Source of the DNA: a virus
Virus record (IMG/VR): IMGVR_UViG_3300019762_000006
Span: 1-64,000 of that record
Length of the DNA: 64,000 bases
Direction: 5' to 3' (one strand)
Of this stretch, positions 47,354 to 56,808 are shown piece after piece; position 1 is the first letter of the stretch, and every line of letters starts with the position of its first letter. A model generated the notes under the pieces. That model worked only from the letters and a program-made list of their open reading frames with translations, was not told where the DNA came from and searched no databases. The position numbers and the translations under genes were made by a program.

Positions 47354-48447
47354 TATAACATACCCTCCCAGTCTTCAGCAGTAACATCAGTATCAACTAC
47401 TCCAAGTAAATAATTACCTGAAGTCTTTTCCTTCTGTGCTGTTTGAATAGAAGAAGGTCTGGTGTACTTATTGGCCCACATACATGGATTAGCAATCTTC
47501 TCTACTATTGGTTCCTGCCCAACTTGAGTCATAACTGAGTGCAAGTTAGAAGTAACATACTGCTTAAGAATCTTGTTGTTTACACCAAGTAACTGTACTT
47601 CATCTGTGTAACAATAGTCAATCCAGTCAAAGTCTGCTTCGAGCGCATCTCGGTAAAGTTGGTCAATAGCAGCTGAGTTCTCGTGGAATATGTAAGCCCA
47701 TTCAGGATCCTTTCGGAGCCTGTTAAGTAAGTTGATAGTCATGGCATAATGCAGATACTCATCTTGTGCTATTTTGCTGATGATATCTGCAGTAACTGAA
47801 AATAGTCCGTTCTCCTTAAAAGCAAAACTAGTAAGGAATGAAGACTTAAACAGTACTGCCTCAAGTATGTTTAATGCAAACAAAGACTTGACAATAGAAA
47901 TTTTATGAGCTTCTATGTCATAATCTGCAGATTGCAACACCATACGTGCATTATGCTGGATAGTATCCTCAAAACATGCAACAATTGACTCAGCTCGTTT
48001 AAGAATTGCTGGGTTAACCATGATATCATCAAAGATGGCTTTAGCATCAACTGGCAATCCTTTAAGGATGTCTGCATAAGACTGTGAGTGAATGTTCTCC
48101 TCAAAGAATGCATGCTGGTACCACCAACTAGCAAGTTGAGGATTAGTTGTGATTGGTATAAATACTTCAGCAACTGATCTAGCAGCAAGAGAGTCCAATA
48201 AAGTTTGGAACTTAAGGTTCTTCATGTAAAGCGCTTTTAAAGCCTGCTCACATCCTACATAGTCCTTACCATCCTTAGATGGTGAGAAATCTCCAGAAAA
48301 CCATATCTTCCCAATAGCATTTGCTGTAGATTTGCTAATGTGTGGTTCGATTGATAAATCCAATCTAGATATATTACGACCAGTACCAAGAAACAAAGGT
48401 TGCTTGGCAAAGTCAATTGGGTTTGGGTTGAATAAGTGGTTACTCAT
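47353..48447 (-). CDS. nrdB: ribonucleotide reductase class Ia beta subunit
   Basis: FQTLLDS, EENIHSQSY, LEAVLFKSSF, DEYLH. Confidence 0.92.
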   Translation of the reverse strand: MSNHLFNPNPIDFAKQPLFLGTGRNISRLDLSIEPHISKSTANAIGKIWFSGDFSPSKDGKDYVGCEQALKALYMKNLKFQTLLDSLAARSVAEVFIPITTNPQLASWWYQHAFFEENIHSQSYADILKGLPVDAKAIFDDIMVNPAILKRAESIVACFEDTIQHNARMVLQSADYDIEAHKISIVKSLFALNILEAVLFKSSFLTSFAFKENGLFSVTADIISKIAQDEYLHYAMTINLLNRLRKDPEWAYIFHENSAAIDQLYRDALEADFDWIDYCYTDEVQLLGVNNKILKQYVTSNLHSVMTQVGQEPIVEKIANPCMWANKYTRPSSIQTAQKEKTSGNYLLGVVDTDVTAEDWEGML

Positions 48448-48727
48448 TAATATACTCCTTCCATAAGTCGGTACTATAAACTACTTTATAGTCATTGCTA
48501 GTGTCTTCTAAAGCCTCAACTTGAAAAGAGTCTGCATCAAACCTAGTTGGATTTGGCCCAGAAGGAACACAGTCTGACATGGCAAGAACCAGGTCTTGAT
48601 CTGACAACGTATCCAAATAGTCTTTAGCAAATCTAACCTCTTCTTCCACTGATAGGTTAGAAGGCATTTCAATATTTACTAATCCTTGTTTAAGAAATCT
48701 AACTGTTCTAAACGCTGCAGCCCCCAT
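48440..48727 (-). CDS. hypothetical protein between nrdA and nrdB
   Basis: Overlaps both neighbours. Confidence 0.55.
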   Translation of the reverse strand: MGAAAFRTVRFLKQGLVNIEMPSNLSVEEEVRFAKDYLDTLSDQDLVLAMSDCVPSGPNPTRFDADSFQVEALEDTSNDYKVVYSTDLWKEYINE

Positions 48728-50918
48728 CTTGGCATCCTCCTATTTGTTGTTCCTGTTCATCAGGCAGTTTGGTGTTTTGATAGTATCTACCTTTAAGACC
48801 GTAGTATTTAGCAAAAAATAAATCTGCTATAACATCCTTAGCTCGTACTTTACCATTGTGCCACTCTGGGTTGTAGAAAGTGTTTGCTGAGATGCCCTTA
48901 TCGATCCATTTCTGAGTAACTGCTACATGCTTGATAAATTCCTTGTTAATGTCTCTATCATACACAAAATCATACTTATCGGCTAATCTAGTACAATCTG
49001 GTGCAAATTGTTTATAATTAGTTCCAGATTTGTCCTTGATAGTCAGTAAGTTCCGTATAGGCTCAAGCCCAGTAGTTTGGTTACTTGGTCCTGCTGAGGT
49101 TTCTGCTGGAGGTACCATAGATAAACCTACGTTGTACATTCCAAACTTCTGGATTTGCATGTCAAGCCAATCCCAATCACAATAAGTACTTGGTGTACAC
49201 AACTCGTCCACAGTACGTTTGTACCTATGAATTGGTAACAACTTATTGTGATACTCAAATCCTGGTGCAGCACCTAATTCCTTTGCAAGTTCCATAGACG
49301 CCACATGTAAATAGAATGAAAAATGCTCCATCCATTTGTTGTGAGATTCCAGTGCTTCAGGTTGACCATATCTCCAACCGTTGTTAGCAAGCCAAAATGC
49401 ATGGTTAGACAGGCCAATTCCAATATCACGATAGTGTGCTACATAAGCATTAGCTTGTGATGTTGGGTGAACCTGTCGTTGCATAATATGAGACTGCGCT
49501 CTAACTAGTAAATTAGTTACATGAGGTAAACGCTCTTCAGATACTACACCCTGATTAGCATTACCAAGTACACATACACCAATATCTGGTGAATCTGGTT
49601 TGTAAGTCTGTAAAGGCTCAATACCAGTCATGTATTCGATACATATATTAGCCATAGTAATCGGTCTAGTAATATGAGAATTTGCGTTCATCTCGTCAAT
49701 ATTCATTGGATAGTAAGATGAAGTCTCAGTAGATTCAACAGCAACTAAACGAGTCCAAAAGTCTTGGGCATCAATTTGTGCTGAATAAAGTTCCTGTGCT
49801 TCACATTCTTCGTAATATTCAGTAAATGCTTTAACATCTGCCGAATAGAACAATTCAAGTAGCCTTGGAGCTGCTCTAGTAGAGAATAATGAAATGACTC
49901 CACCAGACTTGGCTCTGTCATAGACCAATTGGTTAAGCTTAATACCATATGATAAATCATTGATTCGGTCCTCAACAGGCATACGTGGTGACTTCAATGC
50001 AAAAATAGATTCGATTTCTGGGTCGAAGAAGTTTACATAACCTGTAGCTGATCCTCTACGCCCATTCTGTGAAGCTTTCTGAATAATTGCGTCTATAGAC
50101 TTTAGAATTGGTAATTTTCCTGAATGCTTAATTTTACCATTCTTTACCAAATCTCCAATAGAGGCTACGTCTGCAATATCATCTCCAACTCCAGCAGAAG
50201 ATACTGTATGAAGCAATAAAGCTCCATCAGTAGCTTCCCAAGAGTCAATGTTATCGCCCATGCGAATTATGATACAAGATGCATAGTCAGTTGAGTCCGT
50301 ACGAAGTGCTCGCATCTCTGGAGAAGGCAAAGTAATTTCGTATGTCGACAATGCATTGTAGTAATCAATAATGTACTGAGTTGGATTAATATGGTAATCT
50401 CTAAATGTATCAATAGCAACTGCCATAAATATAAATTGAGGTGTTTCGTATTTACAAACTCCATAACCGTTAACTAATGCGTCCAGACCTGAACTAGTAA
50501 ATGTAAAATCTCTAGAATGGTCAATAGTTGATTGTAGTGCTTTGTAGTCAATTCTCGGATAATTAAGTACATTGGCTGAATAATGTCCAGCTTGTACTCT
50601 ATCAGCTAAGAAATCGACTAACTGAGGCACATGTACAGAGTTAAATACTCGCTTGTAAAGACGTTGCAGTTTAAGGTTCCTAGCGACTGTATCATAGTTT
50701 GGGTTCCGTAAGTCTGCTAAATCATCACAAGTTTTAATAAATATGTCTGTAATGTAGCTAGTGTGAATACCGTTAAAGAAGTGTAAGTTTGACTGTACTT
50801 CAATATCTGATTGGGAAACTCCGGGTAAATCCCCAATAGCCCACTCAAGACTTGCTGAAGCCTTTGATAGGTCTAGTGGTTCTGAAGTTCCGTCGTGCTT
50901 AATAACGTTAATTTGCAT
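48708..50918 (-). CDS. nrdA: ribonucleotide reductase class Ia alpha subunit with ATP cone
   Basis: VIKHDG ATP cone, ETPQ, ASC, SQNGRRG, NICIE, PPAETS, YYQNT, C-terminal CQDGGC. Confidence 0.95.
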   Translation of the reverse strand: MQINVIKHDGTSEPLDLSKASASLEWAIGDLPGVSQSDIEVQSNLHFFNGIHTSYITDIFIKTCDDLADLRNPNYDTVARNLKLQRLYKRVFNSVHVPQLVDFLADRVQAGHYSANVLNYPRIDYKALQSTIDHSRDFTFTSSGLDALVNGYGVCKYETPQFIFMAVAIDTFRDYHINPTQYIIDYYNALSTYEITLPSPEMRALRTDSTDYASCIIIRMGDNIDSWEATDGALLLHTVSSAGVGDDIADVASIGDLVKNGKIKHSGKLPILKSIDAIIQKASQNGRRGSATGYVNFFDPEIESIFALKSPRMPVEDRINDLSYGIKLNQLVYDRAKSGGVISLFSTRAAPRLLELFYSADVKAFTEYYEECEAQELYSAQIDAQDFWTRLVAVESTETSSYYPMNIDEMNANSHITRPITMANICIEYMTGIEPLQTYKPDSPDIGVCVLGNANQGVVSEERLPHVTNLLVRAQSHIMQRQVHPTSQANAYVAHYRDIGIGLSNHAFWLANNGWRYGQPEALESHNKWMEHFSFYLHVASMELAKELGAAPGFEYHNKLLPIHRYKRTVDELCTPSTYCDWDWLDMQIQKFGMYNVGLSMVPPAETSAGPSNQTTGLEPIRNLLTIKDKSGTNYKQFAPDCTRLADKYDFVYDRDINKEFIKHVAVTQKWIDKGISANTFYNPEWHNGKVRAKDVIADLFFAKYYGLKGRYYQNTKLPDEQEQQIGGCQDGGCSV

Positions 50919-51082
50919 TAGTGCTCCTTTGGCTTAATAAATGAAATCCCCAATAGTACTACAATAGCTACATAAGGATAAAATGTTTCAGCACTTACAG
51001 CATACCCTATTAGGATACCATTAACAAAATCATATCTGTTGTATGATATCTCGGATAAATAGGAGTGTAACTTAGAAAACAT
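50918..51082 (-). CDS. small membrane protein (54 aa, MFSKLHSYLSEIS...)
   Basis: Translated by hand; TAATG overlap at both ends. Confidence 0.55.
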   Translation of the reverse strand: MFSKLHSYLSEISYNRYDFVNGILIGYAVSAETFYPYVAIVVLLGISFIKPKEH

Positions 51083-51345
51083 TACTGATTTAAAGCACGT
51101 TTGAAGGGTGCTGAAATGCTGAACTTAACTAAGTTAGTTGAATAAGGCTTACCAGTTGTTGGTGCTAAACCAGATCTTTTAGTTGGTTTAAATGTTCCGA
51201 AATCAGTACCTAATGATACTTCGTTACCTGCTACTAATTCGGCTTTAATAATATCCTTAATTCCGTCAAGAATTCTGTTTGCTGCTGCTTTGCTACCTAC
51301 TTCGTTGTGGTTTGCAAGTTCTTCAATAAATTGTTGTTTAGTCAT
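51082..51345 (-). CDS. hup: HU/IHF-family DNA-binding protein
   Basis: MTKQQFIEELA..SKAAA..GNEVSL..FGTFK..R.G..P.TGK. Confidence 0.9.
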   Translation of the reverse strand: MTKQQFIEELANHNEVGSKAAANRILDGIKDIIKAELVAGNEVSLGTDFGTFKPTKRSGLAPTTGKPYSTNLVKFSISAPFKRALNQ

Positions 51346-51394
51346 ATTTGACTCCTTTAAATTAGATCTAGTTTTATGACATAGTGGTCAAATA

Positions 51395-51862
51395 TTATTG
51401 CTGATATATAAAGTAGTCAGTTCCGTTAATAGTTTCTTGGTATTCGTCTCCATTACAACGGTTTAAGGCGTAACCTCTACCGTCCTGAGAGTAGTATGAT
51501 ACACAGGCATCAATATCAAAGTATTGTCTATAATACGCGGGTATTTCTGTTAGTACTATATCATTTACATAGGCAATATAATATTCTTCTGTGGCTTCGT
51601 CTGCTTCATCATCAGTTAGTACTAAATAATTCTCTGATTCGTAGTCAGATAAACAGTCCTCGTAATGTTCTCCCGTGTGTTCCATAAGTGCGAATACTTT
51701 CTCTGTGTCTTCATCTAAAGATTCCAGTATATTGCTCTCATAAAATCCTGCTAATCTTGTGTCATTATTCATAGATTCTGTAGCTTCTCGCATTTGCCAT
51801 ACAAAGAACTCTTCATGCAGTTCTAGTTCTGTTATAATGCTTTCAATTTGTTCTGTCGTCAT
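51395..51862 (-). CDS. acidic protein, ArdA-like antirestriction candidate
   Basis: Very D/E/Y-rich; EIPAYYRQYFDIDA resembles the ArdA C-terminal motif. Confidence 0.45.
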   Translation of the reverse strand: MTTEQIESIITELELHEEFFVWQMREATESMNNDTRLAGFYESNILESLDEDTEKVFALMEHTGEHYEDCLSDYESENYLVLTDDEADEATEEYYIAYVNDIVLTEIPAYYRQYFDIDACVSYYSQDGRGYALNRCNGDEYQETINGTDYFIYQQ

Positions 51863-51865
51863 ATA

Positions 51866-52957
51866 TTATTCCTTCGGTGTTCCATCAGATTCACACGCAC
51901 GAGTGCTAATAAAAATGGGCTTAAGCGGTATTCCGACTTTACTGTAAGTCTCAAACTCAATAGTTGCCCATTTATTAACAAAGCTGTGAGGGTCAATAGA
52001 TGCCCAGTACTCTTTAGTTCCCTTAGGTTTAGCCTTAAAGAACTGTTCACCAACATTCAATACAAATACTGGAAGGCCGTTCTTGTCAAGTTCAAAAGAA
52101 GCAATTAAGAACTCTTTAGAAAGAACTTTCTTGTACTTAAATTGATCAGAAGATCTAATATTGTGTTTATACAACCCGTCCAAGTTCTTGATAACTGTCC
52201 CTTCTAAGTTTTCCGCCATACATTGGTTGTAATGGTTTTCAATGTCTTCATGTGAGTTACACTTAACACCAATTAAAAATCCAACATGGGGTAGTGAGGG
52301 ATGTCCAATTCTTTCTAAAGCTCTATATAAAGTTTCTAACATCATTCTTCTATACTCATAATCTTCTGCAGAATCACAGATATCAAATATATTAAATGTT
52401 AATCTAGGTGACATTTTGTTAGTTTTCTTAACAGCCGATTGAATATCTTGTAAATGCTCTCCGTGAATATACAACTCACCATTAAGCTCATTAGAAGGTA
52501 ATTCATCCATTAAGTCATGAATAAATGTTTCTAAATGTGGTATTGCTGGATAAACTTCTCCGCCTCTTGAATAAATAGTAAGTTTGCCATCCACTCGTTT
52601 GTAAATTGCGTTTACTCCATTAAGCTTTGGTGTACTTACACAAGGAAACTTAATATTCTTTAGTTGGTCTTGGTAAGACTTTACTTTCATAGGTAAACTA
52701 ACAGTAACTGGAGCTGCTTTGTCATATGAATAGCCAGACTTAATCTTCTTAGTCACTAATGCTTCCGCTTCTAATTGGGCTTGCTGTTCAGGTGTAGTTT
52801 CGTTTGCACGTCCAAGATTTTTCCCAGTACACTTAGTGATTTGCGTTTGCATTTTACCGCCAAGTTGTCCGTAAGTACAGATGAATGAATCTCCTTGCAC
52901 TTCGATAGACCATTGCTGAATAGCGGAAGTCTTAGTTGTTTTGTATAATGTCGTCAT
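51866..52957 (-). CDS. ATP-dependent DNA ligase with WGR-like N-terminus
   Basis: PKLNGV (KxNG), LNGELY, FNIFDI, EGTVIK, KYK. Confidence 0.9.
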   Translation of the reverse strand: MTTLYKTTKTSAIQQWSIEVQGDSFICTYGQLGGKMQTQITKCTGKNLGRANETTPEQQAQLEAEALVTKKIKSGYSYDKAAPVTVSLPMKVKSYQDQLKNIKFPCVSTPKLNGVNAIYKRVDGKLTIYSRGGEVYPAIPHLETFIHDLMDELPSNELNGELYIHGEHLQDIQSAVKKTNKMSPRLTFNIFDICDSAEDYEYRRMMLETLYRALERIGHPSLPHVGFLIGVKCNSHEDIENHYNQCMAENLEGTVIKNLDGLYKHNIRSSDQFKYKKVLSKEFLIASFELDKNGLPVFVLNVGEQFFKAKPKGTKEYWASIDPHSFVNKWATIEFETYSKVGIPLKPIFISTRACESDGTPKE

Positions 52958-54455
52958 ATAGTTCCTTTAAATAATTTGCATTTATTAGTTTATGTCTATG
53001 CCTTGTGATTGAGACAAAGTATAAACATAACTCAGCTCTACGGTCTTCTTCAGTACCTTTAAAACTCTTTGATAATGCGTCTTTAACTGCTTTATCCATA
53101 TCTGGGTCAAGTTCGATAATATCCCGAGTGGATCCCTTAGAGGTATGGGCAGTCATAAGTTGTAAATCACAAGGTGTCTTTTGATGCTCTTCTGCACTTT
53201 CAGATGCTGCAATAATATCTTCTTTACCAAACTTAAACATAAGTTGGATAGAAGAATATGTAGCTGTGTCTAAATTATCCAAGTTCAATAGGTAGTTGTA
53301 TAATCCAATGCGTTCCCTAGTTGATTGGGGTAATCTACCATAGGAATCAACCATCTCCTGGAATGGCTTAAGTTCTGGATTCTTCTGTGCGAACCCTGGT
53401 TTAGCATAAATAACAGCCAATGGTAATTGAAACATATGCTTAAGCTTAAGTTTGCTAGACAGATGGTAAGGTGTTCCACATTTGTTAAGTTCAATCATCT
53501 TTGCAATTAGTGAAGCATTAGTACGAGTTAAATAAGCTTTAGTAACTGGTTTGACATCTTCTGGATAAACCATACCTTCAAATATTGCATCAGATTCCAA
53601 ATGCTTACGTAAGAATGCTTGAATAGCTGGAGCATAAGATTGGTCAACTCTAAAAGATTGCGATAAATGAAGCACTTTGGCTTCTGGGAATCTTGAGAAT
53701 CCATCAATAAGCTTCATAAAGCTAAATATACGCTGATTCTGGTCTCCAACTAATACTTTCTGAGTTGCTGGAATTGCTTGTATAATGTCCAATGCCATCG
53801 CTGACATATCCTGAGCTTCGTCAATAAGTAATCTATCTACTGGTTTAAGTTTAATAGTACCACGCATAACTAGTATGTGAAATAGCTTAAGATAAAATGA
53901 ATGGGTAATAGCCATCTTACCAGTTGCCATCAGATTAAGAATTTGCTTAACTGCTGGAATTAGGTTGAACTGAAATGAGTCATCCTCAATAGATACTACA
54001 TAAGAGTCTACATTGAGAAATCCTGACAAACAATACTCGTCAATAATTCTGAGAATTTCTGGGTCTTTACCAAAAGGCCTACGAACAGTCTTTGGTATGT
54101 CCATCCAAGTTAGGTACTTTTTAAGAGTTCCTAAATTGTAAGCTCCTCCTACTGTGTATGAATAAGCAAATGAATGCAAAGTTGAAACAGTTGCGTTAGT
54201 TGAAAAGGCTTGCTTAGCTTCTTTAGAAGCCATGTTACCAAACACCAAATAACGTACAGAAGCTTTGGGTTCTATTCGTTTGTAACGTGCTATTGCTTCA
54301 GTAAGGCTTGTAGTCTTTGAAGCACCTGCTGTAGCTCGGATTGCTAGTTCAGAGTTAGTTGGGTTTGCAATCTCTTCAAAGATTTCTAATTGTTGGTCAG
54401 ACCAAGTAAATGACATTGGAGTTCCTTTGGTGATTTGTGAGTACTTACTTTCCAT
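52932..54455 (-). CDS. UvrD-like superfamily 1 helicase
   Basis: ATAGASKTT, IDEAQD, VGDQNQRI, LSQSFR, TAHTSKG. Confidence 0.9.
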   Translation of the reverse strand: MESKYSQITKGTPMSFTWSDQQLEIFEEIANPTNSELAIRATAGASKTTSLTEAIARYKRIEPKASVRYLVFGNMASKEAKQAFSTNATVSTLHSFAYSYTVGGAYNLGTLKKYLTWMDIPKTVRRPFGKDPEILRIIDEYCLSGFLNVDSYVVSIEDDSFQFNLIPAVKQILNLMATGKMAITHSFYLKLFHILVMRGTIKLKPVDRLLIDEAQDMSAMALDIIQAIPATQKVLVGDQNQRIFSFMKLIDGFSRFPEAKVLHLSQSFRVDQSYAPAIQAFLRKHLESDAIFEGMVYPEDVKPVTKAYLTRTNASLIAKMIELNKCGTPYHLSSKLKLKHMFQLPLAVIYAKPGFAQKNPELKPFQEMVDSYGRLPQSTRERIGLYNYLLNLDNLDTATYSSIQLMFKFGKEDIIAASESAEEHQKTPCDLQLMTAHTSKGSTRDIIELDPDMDKAVKDALSKSFKGTEEDRRAELCLYFVSITRHRHKLINANYLKELYDDIIQNN

Positions 54456-54739
54456 AGAAAGAGGTCTCTATTAAAAACAGGTAAAAATTCTGTATGAATC
54501 CACTCAATAAGTTCTGGTGTAACTTTAGTGTTAGCTGTATTATGCCACTTAAAATGTGTTGGGCGTTTGCCACCTCTACTAATACCTCTAATAGATTGCA
54601 GAGGATGAACATGTACAGATGGTATATTTTCAGGCCAAAAGAGTTCAATATAAGGAATAGTATTCTGGTCAAACACATTAAAAGTATATTTATTAAATGC
54701 CTGTTGCGTAAAAGGGTGTTTATCTGTAGTTAGAGTCAT
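54386..54739 (-). CDS. hypothetical protein (117 aa)
   Basis: AAGGA SD; overlaps the helicase 5' end. Confidence 0.5.
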   Translation of the reverse strand: MTLTTDKHPFTQQAFNKYTFNVFDQNTIPYIELFWPENIPSVHVHPLQSIRGISRGGKRPTHFKWHNTANTKVTPELIEWIHTEFLPVFNRDLFLWKVSTHKSPKELQCHLLGLTNN

Positions 54740-54763
54740 ATAAGTTCCTTGTGAATAGTTTGG

Positions 54764-55059
54764 AAGTGCTTAGGGCAGTACTGTGGAAAAAAATTAAAAT
54801 TCAGTACTACACTAAACACTCTAATGGTTTGGTGTCATTAGGTTAAAGTCCTTCACGATGACGGCACGCACTACCTAAGATGATGTTTCCTAAGTAGTAG
54901 ACTTCGATATATATCTGGAGATTCCCATTAAAGATTTAAGTCTATTAATTGTAGTTAGACTGGGAGTAACTAACTCACCAAAGAATGTACTGGTACCGAG
55001 CCGACATGTTTCAGTCAATAAAGTTGTGACCTTTATAAAGCGTTCGTAATGCACTCATT
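54764..55059 (-). ncRNA. candidate structured ncRNA region (tRNA-like domain, multibranch domain, 20-bp hairpin)
   Basis: No long ORF; several stems whose G-U pairs work only on the minus strand; one domain ends in ACCA. Confidence 0.55.
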
Positions 55060-55067
55060 GCTAAGTT

Positions 55068-55090
55068 AAAACACTCCCGAAGGAATGTTT
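55068..55090 (-). terminator. rho-independent terminator with UUCG loop
   Basis: Minus strand AAACATTCC-TTCG-GGAGTGTTTT. Confidence 0.65.
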
Positions 55091-55092
55091 AA

Positions 55093-55416
55093 TTATTCTG
55101 CTTCAGGCTCAACATACTCATTAGTAGGTTGTTCAGTAGGTTCTTCTATAACCTCTGGCTCAAGTGATTTAATTGGTCCAGTAGGTGCTGTTTCTCTAGG
55201 CTGTTTCAAGATAACTTGAGTTGCTCCAGATTCGTCTGTATCGCCTAATGTAATGTTAGTAAACTCTGGGAATTGTGGGAACTTACCTTCTAATAAAGGA
55301 TTAAGTGCTCGTTTAATTGCTGCAGAAGATTCTGGATCTGATAATGCTTCAGCAATAAGTGTGTTTAATTCAGTTTTGTTAAGACTCAGTGAGATTTGTT
55401 GTTTTGTAATTTCCAT
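55093..55416 (-). CDS. hypothetical protein (likely start MEITKQQ)
   Basis: AAGGA SD precedes the internal Met at 55416; acidic tail. Confidence 0.6.
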   Translation of the reverse strand: MEITKQQISLSLNKTELNTLIAEALSDPESSAAIKRALNPLLEGKFPQFPEFTNITLGDTDESGATQVILKQPRETAPTGPIKSLEPEVIEEPTEQPTNEYVEPEAE

Positions 55417-55438
55417 TTGTTGGGCTTTCCTTATGTAT

Positions 55439-55648
55439 TTAATTTGATTGATCATTTGAGATCACCATAGATTTGTCTAGTTCAATAAGTGCTTTTCTAA
55501 GTTCAACTGACATAGAGTCAATAAGCTTAGAACAATCTCTAATAACTTTACTAGAGTCCTTGCTAGTACATACTAAATGTGCTGCAATTGCCCCAAGAGT
55601 TCCTTCAAGAACTTCCTGGTACTTTGTTAGAACTTCTGGTTGTGTCAT
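55439..55648 (-). CDS. small helical protein (69 aa)
   Basis: ATGA overlap; SK.SSK.IR...ELRK. Confidence 0.6.
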   Translation of the reverse strand: MTQPEVLTKYQEVLEGTLGAIAAHLVCTSKDSSKVIRDCSKLIDSMSVELRKALIELDKSMVISNDQSN

Positions 55649-55965
55649 TGACTGTCCTTATTAGATGATAGCTCTCTGCCATTCACTTGTCCTTCTGAAT
55701 CAAAGGACTCAATAATACAAGCATTTGGTACAGTAGTTAAAGCTTCTGCAATAGCATAAGTTCCGTCTGAATTACGTTGTTGAGTTGTTACTTGAACAAC
55801 CACAGAAGTTCCTGCTTGCATAGCTTTGGTAGACTTCATCCATCCCTCGGCTTCAGAAGAAGCTTTAGAGATGAGCTTGAAAGTGTCCCCATTACCCCAG
55901 AAAATAATGTCTTTGATGATCTTGCTTGCACCATTAGAACAAGTGTTGTGTAAAAACTTCCCCAT
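55645..55965 (-). CDS. phage hypothetical protein (106 aa)
   Basis: KLISKASSEAEGWMKSTKAM..VVVQVTTQQ..AEALT; TAATG coupling. Confidence 0.75.
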   Translation of the reverse strand: MGKFLHNTCSNGASKIIKDIIFWGNGDTFKLISKASSEAEGWMKSTKAMQAGTSVVVQVTTQQRNSDGTYAIAEALTTVPNACIIESFDSEGQVNGRELSSNKDSQ

Positions 55966-56726
55966 TAGAACACGTCTTCATCAATTGTTTTCTTAGCTAC
56001 TGCGTCCTGAGTAGTTGGTACTTGACCCGCTCCCTTGATAAGTTGTAACTCTTGAATACAAATCTTGTTGTTTTTGTTCTTGTATTCAATACCGGCATTT
56101 GCTTTAGCTGCTGTAATAGCCGCTTCGATTGCAACTGGTTCAGTCTTACCTGCATCTACTTCTGCCTGAGATAACTTAGCTTTAGTAAATAATGCTGACA
56201 TATTAAGTTCTTGGTTTCTCCAAGCTTTCTTACCATCTGCATCAAGTGTAACTAAGTAAGACGAAATACCAGTAAATTCTTTACCAATAAGTGTTTGCCA
56301 TCTTTCTACATTCTTAGTACCTGCTTTAGCAAAAGTTACAGTACCAGCTGTGATACCTGCCCCAAATTGAGATGCGTCTAAGCCACAAATTTTCCATAAA
56401 TTGTTAATTTGACCAATAACTCTTAAGTTGTCGTATTCTGCATTCTCATCATCTAAGTGTACTTTAACACCGTTTACTGAGTATTCTCCAGCTTTAACGA
56501 TTCCGTCTTTGTCTTTACCAACTTTTTGCTTTAAGAATCCAGTCCAGTCGATTGTTTTGCCTTCTGCGTCTTCACATTTAAGGTAGAATCTTTGGTTATC
56601 TATTTCGTATGCATCTACGATTGTTAATAAATGTGCTCCATCTAAATTGATTTTAGTACCAGTTTTTCCTAGTTTTTCTTTGTCTTTCTCCGACATATTA
56701 TTAATTGCATTCATAATAATTGACAT
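55965..56726 (-). CDS. putative single-stranded DNA-binding protein (N4 gp45-like position)
   Basis: Acidic-aromatic tail DEDVF; downstream of the Sak4-like gene; AAAGGA SD. Confidence 0.6.
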   Translation of the reverse strand: MSIIMNAINNMSEKDKEKLGKTGTKINLDGAHLLTIVDAYEIDNQRFYLKCEDAEGKTIDWTGFLKQKVGKDKDGIVKAGEYSVNGVKVHLDDENAEYDNLRVIGQINNLWKICGLDASQFGAGITAGTVTFAKAGTKNVERWQTLIGKEFTGISSYLVTLDADGKKAWRNQELNMSALFTKAKLSQAEVDAGKTEPVAIEAAITAAKANAGIEYKNKNNKICIQELQLIKGAGQVPTTQDAVAKKTIDEDVF

Positions 56727-56808
56727 ATTATATTTCCTTTATAAAAATTAAAATTGTTCCAGCTAAATGCTGCACTAAGTACGTAAAATTGCAGTTTAAG
56801 ACAGGCTG

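Noticed and set aside
48440-48727. Intron, intein or homing endonuclease between nrdA and nrdB
   Set aside because: Both subunits look complete and the 95-aa ORF has no nuclease motif
54828-54990. Theta/HDV-like ribozyme after the tRNA-like CCA, or a lysine/cobalamin riboswitch
   Set aside because: No P1 partner for the sequence after CCA and no matching conserved cores by eye; kept as an unknown RNA
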